In this document: positions 50,595-62,616 of the stretch, piece after piece | Position numbering within the stretch: position 1 is the stretch's first letter | Layout: each line of letters opens with the position of its first letter | Assembly (NCBI RefSeq): GCF_963921235.1 | Contig: NC_086097.1 | Coordinates: forward strand, 240,314,001-240,378,000 | DNA length: 64,000 bases | Source of the DNA: Mobula hypostoma | Taxonomy: Eukaryota | Direction of reading: 5' to 3' | The notes under the pieces: model-generated | The model's database searches: none | What the model saw: only the letters and a program-made list of their open reading frames with translations | Told to the model about the DNA's origin: nothing | Translations under genes and position numbers: made by a program

Positions 50595-52555
50595 CCATTA
50601 GGTATAGGAACAAAATTAGGCCATTTGGCCTGTTGAGTTTGTTCCACCATTTCATCATTTCGTTTTCCCTCTCAGCCCCAATCTCCTGCCTTCTCCCTGT
50701 ATCCTTTCAAGCTCTGACTAATCAAGAATCTATCAGACGCTGCTTCAATTATACCTAATGACATGGCCTCCACAGCTACCTGTGGCGATGAGTTCCACAG
50801 ATTCACCGCTATCTGGCTGAAGAAATTCCTCCTCATCTCCGTTCTAAAAGGTTGCCCCTATATTCTGAGGCTGTGTCCTGTGGTCTTAGACTTCCTCACC
50901 ATTGGAAATATCCTCCCCACCTCCACTCTATACAGCCCTTCAACATTCATAGAAACATAGAAACATAGAAAATAGGTGCAGGAGTAGGCCATTCGGCCCT
51001 TCGAGCCTGCACCGCCATTTATTATGATCATGGCTGATCATCCAACTCAGAACCCAGCCTTCCCTCCATACCCCCTGACCCCTGTAGCCACAAGGGCCAT
51101 ATCTAACTTCCTTTTAAACATAGCTAATGAACTGGCCTCAACAGTTTGCTGTGGCAGAGAATTCCACAGATTCACCACTCTCTGTGTGAAGAAGTTTTTC
51201 CTAACCTCGGTCCTAAAAGGCTTCCCCTCTATCCTCAAACTGTGACCCCTCGTTCTAGACCTCCCCAACATCGGGAACAATCTTCCCGCATCTAGCCTGT
51301 CCAATCCCTTTAGGATCTTATACGTTTCAATCAGATCCCCCCTCAATCTTCTAAATTCCAACGAGTACAAGCCCAGTTCATCCAGTTTTTCTTCATATGA
51401 AAGACCTGCCATCCCAGGAATCAATCTGGTGAACCTTCTTTGTACTCCCTCTATGGCAAAGATGTCTTTCCTCAGATTAGGGGACCAAAACTGCACACAA
51501 TACTCCAGGTGTGGTCTCACCAAGGCCTTGTACAACTGCAGTAGTACCTCCCTGCTCCTGTACTCGAATCCTCTCGCTATAAATGCCAGCATACCGTTCG
51601 CCTTTTTCACCGCCTGCTGTACCTGCATGCCCACTTTCAATGACTGGTGTATAATGACACCCAGGTCTCGTTGCACCTCCCCTTTTCCTAATCGGCCACC
51701 ATTCAGATAATAATCTGTTTTCCTATTTTTGCCACCAAAGTGGATAACTTCACATTTATCCACATTAAATTGCATCTGCCATGAGTTTGCCCACTCACCC
51801 AACCTATCCAAGTCACCCTGCATCCTCTTAGCATCCTCCTCACTGCTAACACTGCCACCCAGCTTCGTGTCATCCGCAAACTTGGAGATGCTGCATTTAA
51901 TTCCCTCATCCAAGTCATTAATATATATTGTAAACAACTGGGGTCCCAGCACTGAGCCTTGCGGTACCCCACTAGTCACCGCCTGCCATTCTGAAAAGGT
52001 CCCGTTTATTCCCACTCTTTGCTTCCTGTCTGCTAACCAATTCTCCACCCACACCAATACCTTACCCCCAATACCGTGTGCTTTAAGTTTGCACACTAAT
52101 CTCCTGTGTGGGACCTTGTCAAAAGCCTTTTGAAAATCCAAATATACCACATCCACTGGTTCTCCCCTATCCACTCTACTAGTTACATCCTCAAAAAATT
52201 CTATGAGATTCGTCAGACATGATTTTCCTTTCACAAATCCATGCTGACTTTGTCCGATCATTTCACCGCTTTCCAAATGTGCTGTTATCACATCCTTGAT
52301 AACTGACTCCAGCAGTTTCCCCACCACCGACGTTAGGCTAACCGGCCTATAATTCCCCGGTTTCTCTCTCCCTCCTTTTTTAAAAAGTGGGGTTACATTA
52401 GCCACCCATTCGATAGTTATCAATGAGGTCACCCCTCATTCTTCGGCATTCCAGGGAGTAGAGGCCCAAAGCCATCAAACGCTCCTCGTATGACAAGTCA
52501 TTCAATCATTTTCATAAACCTCCTTTGAACCTTCTCCAATGTCAGCACATCCTTC
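50595..52555 (-). mobile_element. Older CR1 3' fragment hosting a young CR1
   Basis: Diverged CR1 at 50595-50948 continues at 52412-52555. Confidence 0.8.
50949..52406 (-). mobile_element. Young 5'-truncated CR1 LINE, intact RT
   Basis: ORF 51047-52432 matches 47328-49088 except one K/R change; TSD CATTC (50944-50948, 52407-52411). Confidence 0.97.
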
Positions 52556-53068
52556 TCTTATGTCCTCTTGAAAGCTTTCCCTTGTTGAGGAGCTCTAGTG
52601 TAGATTGTAGCAAACATGGATTCAGTTTTATATTTACAGTGTAGTTAACTTAATAAACATATAAGAGTTGGCAACTATTTGTAACCTGTGTCCACTGTAC
52701 TATAAACAGTCTGTCAATACCTCCGTTGTAAAAACCATTGGTGAAGCCAGGAGTTAAAGTTGGGCTCAGACTCAGTTTCAGATTCATTTACTTTATCACA
52801 CATACATCAAAAGATACGGTGAAATGTGTCGTTGGTGTTAACAGCAAAAACCAAAGGATCTGCCGGAGGCAGCCCACAAGTGTCGCCGCACCATTCTGAC
52901 ACCAACATAACATGCCAGCCAAGTTTGCAGAGCACAAGCAAAAGCAACAGCAACAAAACAAGCCCCTTACTTTCTCCCCACCTACCCACTCTCACACATA
53001 GACAACTCTCGAATAGGCAATCAGCAATCACCGTGTTAACTGTATTTCCTCCTTGTACGCCAGTCATC

Positions 53069-53552
53069 ATAGAAACATAGAAACATAGAAAATAGGTGCA
53101 GGAGTAGGCCATTCAGCCCTTCGAGCCTGCACCGCCATTCAGTATGATCATGGCTGATCATCCAACTCAGAACCCTGTACCAGCCTTCCCCCCATACCCC
53201 TTAATCTCTTTAGCCACAGGGGCTATATCTAACTCCCTCTTAAATATAGCCAATGAACTGGCCTCAACTGTTTCCTGTGGCAGAGAATTCCACAGATTCA
53301 CCACTCTCTGTGTGAAGAAGTTTTTCCTAATCTCGGTCCTAAAAGGCTTCCCCTTTATCCTCAAACTGTGACCCTTTGTTCTGGACTTCCCCAACATCAG
53401 GAACAATCTTCCTGCGTCTAGCCTGTCCAATCCCTTTACGATTTTATATGTTTCAATAAGATCCTCCCTCAATCTTCTAAATTCCAATGAGTACAAGCCT
53501 AGTCGATCCAGTCCTTCATCATATGAAAGTCCTGCCATCCCAGGAATCAATC
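53069..53552 (-). mobile_element. Short CR1 3' end, closely related subfamily
   Basis: ORF 53167-53550; atagaaac tail. Confidence 0.92.
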
Positions 53553-53812
53553 ATGAACCGCTTGTTTGCATGAGGTGCACGGATAAGAAAGTTGTTAACA
53601 AAACCAGTGCGGAGATAAACCAGTGAAAGTAGTGTTGTTACTTTAGAATGAAGCTGCTCGTACCTCAAGTGACCCTTGGTCAGGTTAGACCTCCTGTGCT
53701 GTCTGTTTGGAGTTTGCACACCCCCTATGTGACTGCCAGATGCTCCAGTTTCCTCCCACATCCCAAAGATGAGTGGTAATTTATCTGACCACACTATATT
53801 ATCCCGAGGGAG

Positions 53813-54685
53813 TGGCATTTTTCTGAGAGCCCATAGTATTATAAGAAAGATACCAACATGGTTAGAAGATTGGCGGACTGGAAGGAGGGAAAGAGTCAGA
53901 ATAACTTGGGCATTTTCTGATTGGTTGCTGGTAACTAGCGGTGTTCTGCAGGGGTCAGTGTTGGACCCGCTTCTTTTCACATTATGTATCAATGAGTTCA
54001 ATGACTGACCTGATGGATTTGTAGCCAAGTTTGTGGGTGATGCAATGACAGGGGGGAGAGGCAGATATTGTTGAGGAAGCAGAGAGTTTGCAGAGGACTT
54101 AGACAGATTAGGAGAATGGTCAAAGAAGTGGTAGATGGAATAAAGTGCAGGGAAGTGTATGATCATGCACTTTGAGAGAAAGGATAAAGGCGTGGATGGG
54201 GAGAAAATTCAGAAATCAAAAGTACAAAGGGATTTGGGAGTCCTTGTGCAGGATTCCCTAAAAGTTAACTTGCAAGTTGAGACAGTGGTAAGGAAAGCAA
54301 ATGCAATGTTGGCATTCATTTCTAGAGACTAGAATATAAATGAAAGGCAGTAATGCTGAGGCTTTATAAGTCAATAGTCAGACCGCACTTGAAGTATCGT
54401 GACCAGTTTTGGGCCCCGTATCTTAGAGAAGAGTGGGAATAAAGTGGCCATTTGAGAGAGTCCAGAGGAGGTTAATCAGAATGTTTCTGGGAACAAAAGT
54501 GTTAACACATGAAGAACATTTGGTGTTCTGGTGAATGTTCTTGCTGGAGTTTAGACGGGGGAGCTCAATGAACCTAATCGAATATTGAAAGGCCTGGATA
54601 GAGTGGACGTGGAGAGAGTCCAATAGTGGGACAGTCTAGGACTAAAGGACCATCAGAATAATTTTGCTCCTATGTCTTATGGTCT
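53813..54685 (+). mobile_element. Degraded CR1 RT fragment
   Basis: WLEDWRTGRRERV..VTSGVLQGSVLDPLLFTLCIN; tail tgtcttatggtct. Confidence 0.85.
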
Positions 54686-55360
54686 GGGGACAGCTGAAGG
54701 GAATATGGGGAGAATGAACTGGGATGAGTGAATAATATGCATAGATAGATGCGTAAATTTGGTGCTGACTCCATGGACTAAAGGACCTGTTCCTGTTTCT
54801 GTTCTGCAGGATTCTGTAACTGTATGAATACTACGGCATCCTTAATATAAAATCAATCCAAAGCCATCTGACATTAAAAAAGTCACAAAACCAAAGAAGA
54901 AAATTACAGATCATCAAGGAGATTGGTTTTGTGGAACAGGGGATATTGAAATGCTGATGGCTTCAGGGAGGATATTCCATAGTAATCATTTTACCTGACC
55001 CAAAAGGTGATGTAAGGGAAGAGCTGGGTGCAACAAGGAGAAGCCAACAGAAAGGTAAATGGATTGGCACAATGTAATATGCCTGAAGGTTATACATTTT
55101 TCATGGAAAAGTTACAATCATCAGTTGAAGACACTCACTCAACATTTTAGGAACAGCTTATTCCCCTCTGCCATCAGATTTTTGAACACAGGGTCCTTGA
55201 CAATGCTGAAGGCTCTGCAATAAGTGTACTCTACAGATGTAATTATCCATGTATTTATTTTTATTTCTGTTGTAATTATAAAACATTTTGTGTCTTACAC
55301 CAATTTGTTTCCATAAGTTAACAAATTTCACAACATTCTGGTATAGAACAACTTGAATTC

Positions 55361-56187
55361 AATAGGTTTCGATTGGTACATTTAATGTCAGAGAAATGTA
55401 TACAATATACATCCTGAAATTCTTTTTCTTTGCAGACATCCACAAAAACAGAGGAGCGCCCCAAAGAATGAATGACAGTTAAATATTAGAACCCCACAGC
55501 CCCCCCAACTCCCTCCTCCCATGCATAAGCAGCAGCAAAGCAACAACACCACCACCCCACCAGCAAAAAAGCAATGGCACCCTCCACCAAGCACTCAAGC
55601 GAGCAGCAAAGCATCAATAAAGACACAGACTTGCAGCAACCCAAAAAATACTCGTTCACCCGGTAATTTGACATACCACAGGCTCTCTCTCCCTAATATG
55701 GGAAAAAGAAACGTCCCCATTTCACAGCGAGAGGGGAGACATAACAAAGCAACTCATCAATTTATGGTGTTAGAAGTCTGTTGCGTTGCTTGTTACAATC
55801 TCTGTGTCCAAAGATCTCAGGTCTCTGGGCACACATCTAGTTCACTGCTTTCGATTGTCCGTGTGCTCCCATGACACACCAGTTCTCTGCAGTGACACCG
55901 ACATCAAATCCGCCTGCCTCCAGAGCCATGAAAGTCCGGCACCTTGAAGACGCGCTAGTATTCCAGGCCATGTCTTCAACATATTGAAAAGTGGCCAGTC
56001 GTGAGGCCCTGAGCGTGGGTCCCATTTCCGCAAAGAACTGAAGTCAGCGTGCAACTCCAGGTCAGGGTCTTCAAAAGAACCTTGAAAGGGTAAAAAAGAG
56101 ATATCAAAGGTAGAAATCGAGCTGTTTCCGAAGGTGTAAGCAAAGGAGTCGCTATTAGGCGCCATCATCCTTCTAAGCTGCACCTCC
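55361..56187 (-). mobile_element. Bipartite non-autonomous retroelement (LINE-like 5' head, Rex-like 3' tail)
   Basis: Minus strand starts aggaggtgcagcttagaaggatgatggcgcc; 3' end catttctctgacattaaatgtacc also found as a + strand fragment at ~11045-11120. Confidence 0.6.
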
Positions 56188-56412
56188 TATTGTTGATTTG
56201 AAGGTGACATTGAACAGGATTGAGCTTTCCCCATCTGCAACTTTAAGCTTTGCCTTTGGACGACGTGCAACTCATAGCTGTTTTTAACTACAGAAATACT
56301 GCTTTTATACATTAATTTTAAAAAGTGAAATGACCATTTGAGCAATTTCTCTGACTGTATAAGTTTGGGTGTTGCACGTGGCCAAGTGGTTAAGGTGTTC
56401 ATCTAGTGATTT

Positions 56413-57627
56413 GCTCAGGATGAGGCATTTCATTCCAGGATGAAGGAGATGTCTTCCTTTTTTAAAGGAAAAGGCTTCCCTTCCTGCACCATCACGACTG
56501 CTCTCAAACACATCTCTCCCATTTCACACACATCTGCTCTCACCCCATCCTCCCGCCACCTCACTAGGAATAGAGTTCCTCTTGTCCTGATCTACCACCC
56601 CACCAGACTCGGGGTCCAACATATAATTCTCCGTAACTTCCGCCACCTCCAAAGGGATCCCACCACCAAGCACATCTTTCCCTCCTCCCCTTTCTGTTTT
56701 CCGCAGAAATCACTCCCTACGCGACTCCCTCGTCCATTCGTCTCCCCCATCCCTTCCCACCGATCTCCCTCTCGACACTTATCCTTGTAAGCGGAACAAG
56801 TGCTACACATACCCTTACACCTCCTCCCTCACCACCATTCAGGGCCCCACACAGTCCTTCCCAGTGAGGCGACACTTCACCTGTGAGTTGACTGGGGTGA
56901 TACACTGCGTCCGGTGCTCCCAGTGCGGCCTTCTTTATATTGGCGAGACCCGACAAAGGTTGGGAGACCATTTCGCTAAACACCTACGCTCTGTCCGCCA
57001 GAGAAAGCAGGATCTCCCAGTGGCCACACATTTTAATTCCATGTCCCATTCCCATTCTGACATGTCTATCCACGGCCTCCTCTACTATAAAGATGAAGCC
57101 ACACTCAGGTTAGAGGAACAACACCTTATATTCCGTCTAGGTAGCTTCCAACCTGATGGCATGAACATTGGCTTCTCTAACTTCCATTAATGCCCCACCT
57201 CCCCTTCACACCCCATCCTTTATTTATTTATTTATTTATTTATTTGTTTATTTATTCCCCCCCCCTTTTCTCTCCCTCTCTTTTTTCTCCCTCTGTCCCT
57301 CTCACTATAACTCCTTACCTGCTGTCCATTCTCTGGGCTCCGCCCCCCACTTCTCTCTCTCCCCAGGTTTCCCGTCCCATGGTCCACTCCCTTCTCCAGT
57401 CTGGTATCCCTTTTGCCAATCAATTTTCCAGCTCTTAGCTTCATCCCTACCCCTCCTGCCTTCTCCTATCATTTTGAATCTCCCCCTCCCCCTCCCACTT
57501 TCAAATTTCTTACTATCTCTTCTTTCAGTTAGTCTTGACGAAGGGTCCTGGCGCAAAACGTCGACTGTACCTCTTCCTATAGATGCTGCCTGGCCTGCTG
57601 CGTTCACCAGCATTTTTTGTGTGTGTT
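56413..57627 (+). mobile_element. 5'-truncated Penelope-like element
   Basis: EMSSFFKGKGFP..RVPLVLIYHP; GIY-YIG ORF 56864-57190; terminal repeat with mutated hammerhead at ~57531-57567. Confidence 0.92.
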
Positions 57628-57669
57628 ACATTTAACCAGGTATATTTCTATTATCAGAATCAAAATTAC

Positions 57670-60600
57670 AAGACTATAAGACATAGGAGTAGAATTAGGC
57701 CATTTGTCCCATCAAGTCTGCTCTGCCATTCAACCATGGCTGATCCTTTTATCCCTCATCCCCATCTCCCTGACATTCTCCCTGTAACATTTGTTGCCGT
57801 GGCCAATCAAGAACTATTAATCTCTGCCTTAAATACACTCAAAGATCCGGCCTCCACAGCTGCCTATGGTAATAAATTACACAAATTCACCACCCTCTGA
57901 CTAAAGAAATTTTTCCACATCTCTCACTTAACTGGATACCTCCTCTATCCTGAGGCTGTGCCCTCTTGTCCACCATCGGAAACATGCTTTCCACATCTTC
58001 ACTGTCTAGGCCTTTCAACATTTGAAAAGTTTCAGTGAGATCTCCCCTCATCCTAAATTCCAGTGACTACAGACCCAGAACTATCAAACATTCTTTCACC
58101 CCCAGAATCATCCCTGTGAAACTCCTCTGAACATTTCCCATGCCAGCACATCTTTTCTTTGATGAGGAGCTCAAATCTTCACAATACTCAAAGTAAGGCC
58201 TCACCACTGCCTTATAAACCCTCAGCATCACATCCTTGGTTTTGTGTTCTAGACGAAATGAGTGCTAACATTCCATTTGCCTTCATCACCACTGACTTTA
58301 CCTTGCAAGTTAACCTTTAGGGTGTTCTGCACAATAACTCTCAAGTCCCATTGCATCTCAGATTTTTGTATCATCCATTCCATTATCTAAATCATTGCTA
58401 TACAGCATAAAAAGAAGCAGTCCCAACACCAACCTTTGCAGAACACCACTAGTCATAGGTAGCCAACCAGAAAAGGATCCTTTTATTCCCACTCACTGCC
58501 TTCTACCAATCAGCCAATGCTCTAAACATACCAGTAACTTTCCTGTAATACCATGGGCTTGTAACTTGGTAAGTAGACGCATGTGTGGCACCTTGTCAAA
58601 AGCCTTCTGACAGTCCAAATATACAACATCTACTACATCCCCTTTATCTATTGTACTTGTAATCTCCTCAAAGAATTCCAACAATTTCATCAGGCAAGAT
58701 TTCCCTGAAGGAAACCATGCTGACTTTGTCCTATCTTGTCCTGTGTCACCAAGTACTCCACAACCTCATTCTTAACAATTGACTCCAACATCTTCCCAAG
58801 CACTGAGATCAGGCTAACTGGTCTATAATTTATCTTCTGCTGCCTTCCTCCTCTCTTAAAGAGTGGTGTGCCATGCAGAGCCCAGTGATATTTAAAATCA
58901 TTACTCATGCCTCCACAATCTCCACCGCCACCTCTTTCAGAACCCTAGGATGCAGTTCATCTGGCCCAGGTGACTTATGTAGCTTTAGGTCTTTCAGCTT
59001 CTTGGGCACCTTCTTCCTTATAATAGTAACGGCACTCACTTCTTTTCCCTCGCACCCTTCAACATCTGACACACTGTTTATGTCTACCACAGTGAAGACT
59101 GATGCAAAATACTCACTTAATTCATCTGCCATTTCCTTGTCCCCTGTTATTACTTCTCTCGCTTCATTTTCTAGAGGTCCTATATCCACTCTCATCTCTC
59201 TTTTATTTATTTTTGCATACTTGAAAGGGCTTTTACTATCCACTTTGACATTGTTTGCTAGCTTGCTTTCATATTACACACATTTCAAATTTTCCCTCCT
59301 AATGATTCTTTTCGTTGCTCTGCATGTTTTTAAAAACTTCCCAATCCTCCATCTTCCCACTAATTTTTGCTTTGTTGTATGCCCTTTCTTTTGCTTTTAC
59401 ATTAGCTTTGACTTCCCTTGTCTGCCACAGTTGTATTATTTTGCCATTTGAGTATTTCTTTGTTTTTTGGAACACATCTATCCTGCTCCTTCCTCATTTT
59501 CCCCATGGCTGCTCTGCTGTCATCCCTGCCAGCATCTTCTTCCAATTTACTTTGGCCAACTCTTCTCTCATATCATTGTAATTTCCTTTACTCCACTGAA
59601 ATACTGTTGTGTCAGATGTCATCTTCTCCTTATCAAATTTCAAGTTGAACTCAATCATATTGTGATCACTGTCTCCTCAGGGTTCTTTTGCCTTAAGCTC
59701 ACTTATCACCTCTGATTCACTGCATAACACCCAATTGAGTATAGCCTTTCTGCTAGTAGGCTCAGTGACAAACTGCTCTAAAAAGCCATCTCATAGGCAC
59801 ACAACAGGTAGTCCAGGACTACCCTGGAAGTCCTGCTTTCCAGCTTTCTACCTAGTTCCTGAATTCTCTTTCCACAACCTCTTTGCTTATCCATCCTATG
59901 TCATTGGTACCAATATGTACCAAAACATCTGGCTGCTCTCCCTCCCCCTCCAAAATACTGCGACCTAAGACGTCCCTGATACTGGCACCTTTGGAGCCAA
60001 CCTGATTTTCCCAAATGACCTGCATGTTGAAATCTCCCATGACTATCATAACACTTGCCCTTTTGATACGCCTTTTCTATTTGTGATCTCTGGTCCACAT
60101 CCCAGCTCCTGTTGGGTGGCCTGTATATAACTGCCATCAGGGTCCTTTTATCCTTGCAGTTTCTTAACTCAACCCACAAGTATTCAACATCTTCCGATCC
60201 TATGTCACATCTTTCTCCTTTTCTCCTGATGCCATTCTTTACCAGCAGAGCCACACCACCCCCTCTATCTACCTTCCTATCCCTCTGATACAACTTGTAC
60301 TTGGACATTCAGCTCCCAACTAAAACCATCCTTCAGTCATGATACAGTGATGGCCACAACATCATACCTGACAATCTGAAAGTGTGCAACAAGAACGTCC
60401 ACCTTATTTCTTATAGTGTGCCCTGTGCATTGAGATATCACACATTGAGTACTGTATTTGCTACCCTTTTTGATTCTGCAATCCTAATGCACTGATACTC
60501 ACCCTGATCCCTGAGAGCCACAATTTTGTCCTATCATTTGCCTGCCCTTCTTAACAGCCTGATTGCACGCTATCTTTGCTTTTTTACCATCCATCCTATC

Positions 60601-61170
60601 CTGAGTCCCTTCACTCCGGTTCCCACCTCCACCTCCACACGCCCCCCCCCCCCCATGCCAAATCAGTTTAAACCCTCGGACACAGGTGTAACCTATACTT
60701 TTGAACAGACCATACCTCTATCAGAAGAGATCCCAAAGATTCAAGTACCTGATGCCCTCCCCACTGCACCAACTTCTCAGCCACGCATTTATCTGCCAAA
60801 TCATCCTGATTCTACCCTCATTAGCACGTAGCACAGACTACAATCCAGAAATTACTACCCTGGAAGTCCTGCTTCTCGGCTTTCTACCAAATTTCTAAAT
60901 TCTTTTTTCACAACCTGTTTGCCTATCCATTGGTACCAATATGTACCAAAACATCTCCCTCTCCCTCCAGAATGTTGCGACCCAAGACGTCCCTGATACT
61001 GGCAGCTGGGAGGTAATATACCAGTCGGGTGTCCCATTCACTTTCACAGAATCTCCCGTCTGTTCCCCTCACTATTGAGTCCCCTATCACTACTGCTCCC
61101 CTCTTCTCCCTCTTTCCCCTCTGCACCACGGACCCATGCTCAGCACCAGTAACCCGGTCTCCGAGGCATC
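57670..61170 (-). mobile_element. Degraded near-full-length CR1 LINE (ORF1, APE, RT, 3' UTR) with internal deletions
   Basis: ORF1 AVVIGDSIVRGTD..VLVHIGTN (60923-61129); APE RDRK..RGGGVALLVK..IYRPPN; RT YLDCQKAFDKVPH; aagactataagac tail. Confidence 0.9.
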
Positions 61171-61333
61171 AATCAGGTTTAATGTCACTGGCATATGTCA
61201 TGAAATTGGTTATTATGCTGCAACAGTACATTGCAATGCATAATAAAAAACATAGAGTAAGAAATATTAAAAAAAAAGATAAGTATTGCAAAAAGAAAAA
61301 ATATGTTGAACCACAAACACGACAATGAACGTA

Positions 61334-61390
61334 CACTCGGTGGCCACTGTAATAGATACAGGAGGTACCCAATAACGTGGCCACTGGGTA
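61334..61390. mobile_element. Tiny Tc1-like MITE (~57 bp)
   Basis: TA-cactcggtggccactgtaatagatac...gtacccaataacgtggccactgggta-TA palindrome. Confidence 0.65.
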
Positions 61391-62109
61391 TATTTTGAAA
61401 AATTTTGAATTAAAATTAGAGGTTAGTAGGTTAATTGTCACGTGGGTGTACTTGAGGAGCATGAGCTCGCCGGGCCGTAAGGGCCTGTTTCCGTGCTTAA
61501 TGTTTAAATAAAATAAAATATGTCAGTGATAATAAATCTGATTTTGAAGATGAGGGATCAAAGCAGGAAATGAAGTTCTTTGGGAATATGAAATTTATGA
61601 CAGAAGAGAAAATTAAAGGAATATTATTGGAAGAATGTTATTCTTTCTGGAGTGGAATCAGCGTCAAGAGGGAACAGAGTATATGAAGACTTATCTGGAA
61701 ACAATTTACGAGTCAAAATGTACGAAGACAAATAACCTGCTAAAAAAAGGTCAGGAAAGAGAGAGAGGCCGTCACAAGGGTGAATTTTGATAATAGAACA
61801 GACAATGAAATGATGTCAGATTTTGTGGAGTTGCTTAATTGATGAAAAGGGGAAAGATAATCATATTGCACACAGGAATGAACTGCATCTGACAAGAAAT
61901 CAGTTTGGTCAATAAGGGAATTCAATGATACAGATAGGTCTTGAATAAAAGACATGCCAATGGAATTAGGATGGAATTGTCTGTGGTAACGTCTGGAGAT
62001 ATATAAAAGAATATGACAGAGTAATTGATTTGAGAAGGCAGATGAGAATCCGACGTGAAATTCTTTGAAAAATTGTACAGCTTCAAGTAAGAAATAGAAT
62101 CCAATTTTC

Positions 62110-62316
62110 AAGCAACACACACAGATGCTGGAGGAGCTCAGAAGGCCAGGCAGCATCTATGGAAAAGAGTAAACAGTCAAAGTTTTGGACTGAGACCGTT
62201 CATCAGGACCGAAACATCAACTGTTTACTCTTTTTCCATAGATGCTGCCTGACCTGCTGAGATCCTCCAGCATTTTGTGTGTGTAGCTTTGATTTCCAGC
62301 ATCAGCAGACTTTCTC
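62110..62316. repeat. Inverted pair of Penelope-terminal-repeat-derived units
   Basis: gatgctggaggagctcag..gcatctatggaaaagagtaaacag / ctgtttactctttttccatagatgc..ctccagcat. Confidence 0.85.
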
Positions 62317-62616
62317 AACAGAATCCGACTTTAATGATTTTCACACGTCTTATGAAGATAGGTTGAGTAGCTAGGGCTTCTCTCTTTGGAGCAAAGGAGG
62401 ATGAGCAGTGACTTGATAGAGGTGTACAAGATGAAAGGAAGTGTACATAGAGTGGATAGCAGCGACTTTTTCCTAGGGCACTAATGGCTAATACAGTGGG
62501 TCATAATTTAAAGTGATTAGAATGAAGTATAGGGGGGATATCAGAGGTAATTTTTTACAAAGTGGGGTAGGTATGTGGAATGCACTGCCAGGAACAGAGG
62601 TAGAGGCAGATACATT

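Noticed and set aside
47228..52406. Tandem or segmental duplication, or collapsed assembly, of CR1
   Set aside because: Different truncation points, flanks and TSDs indicate independent insertions
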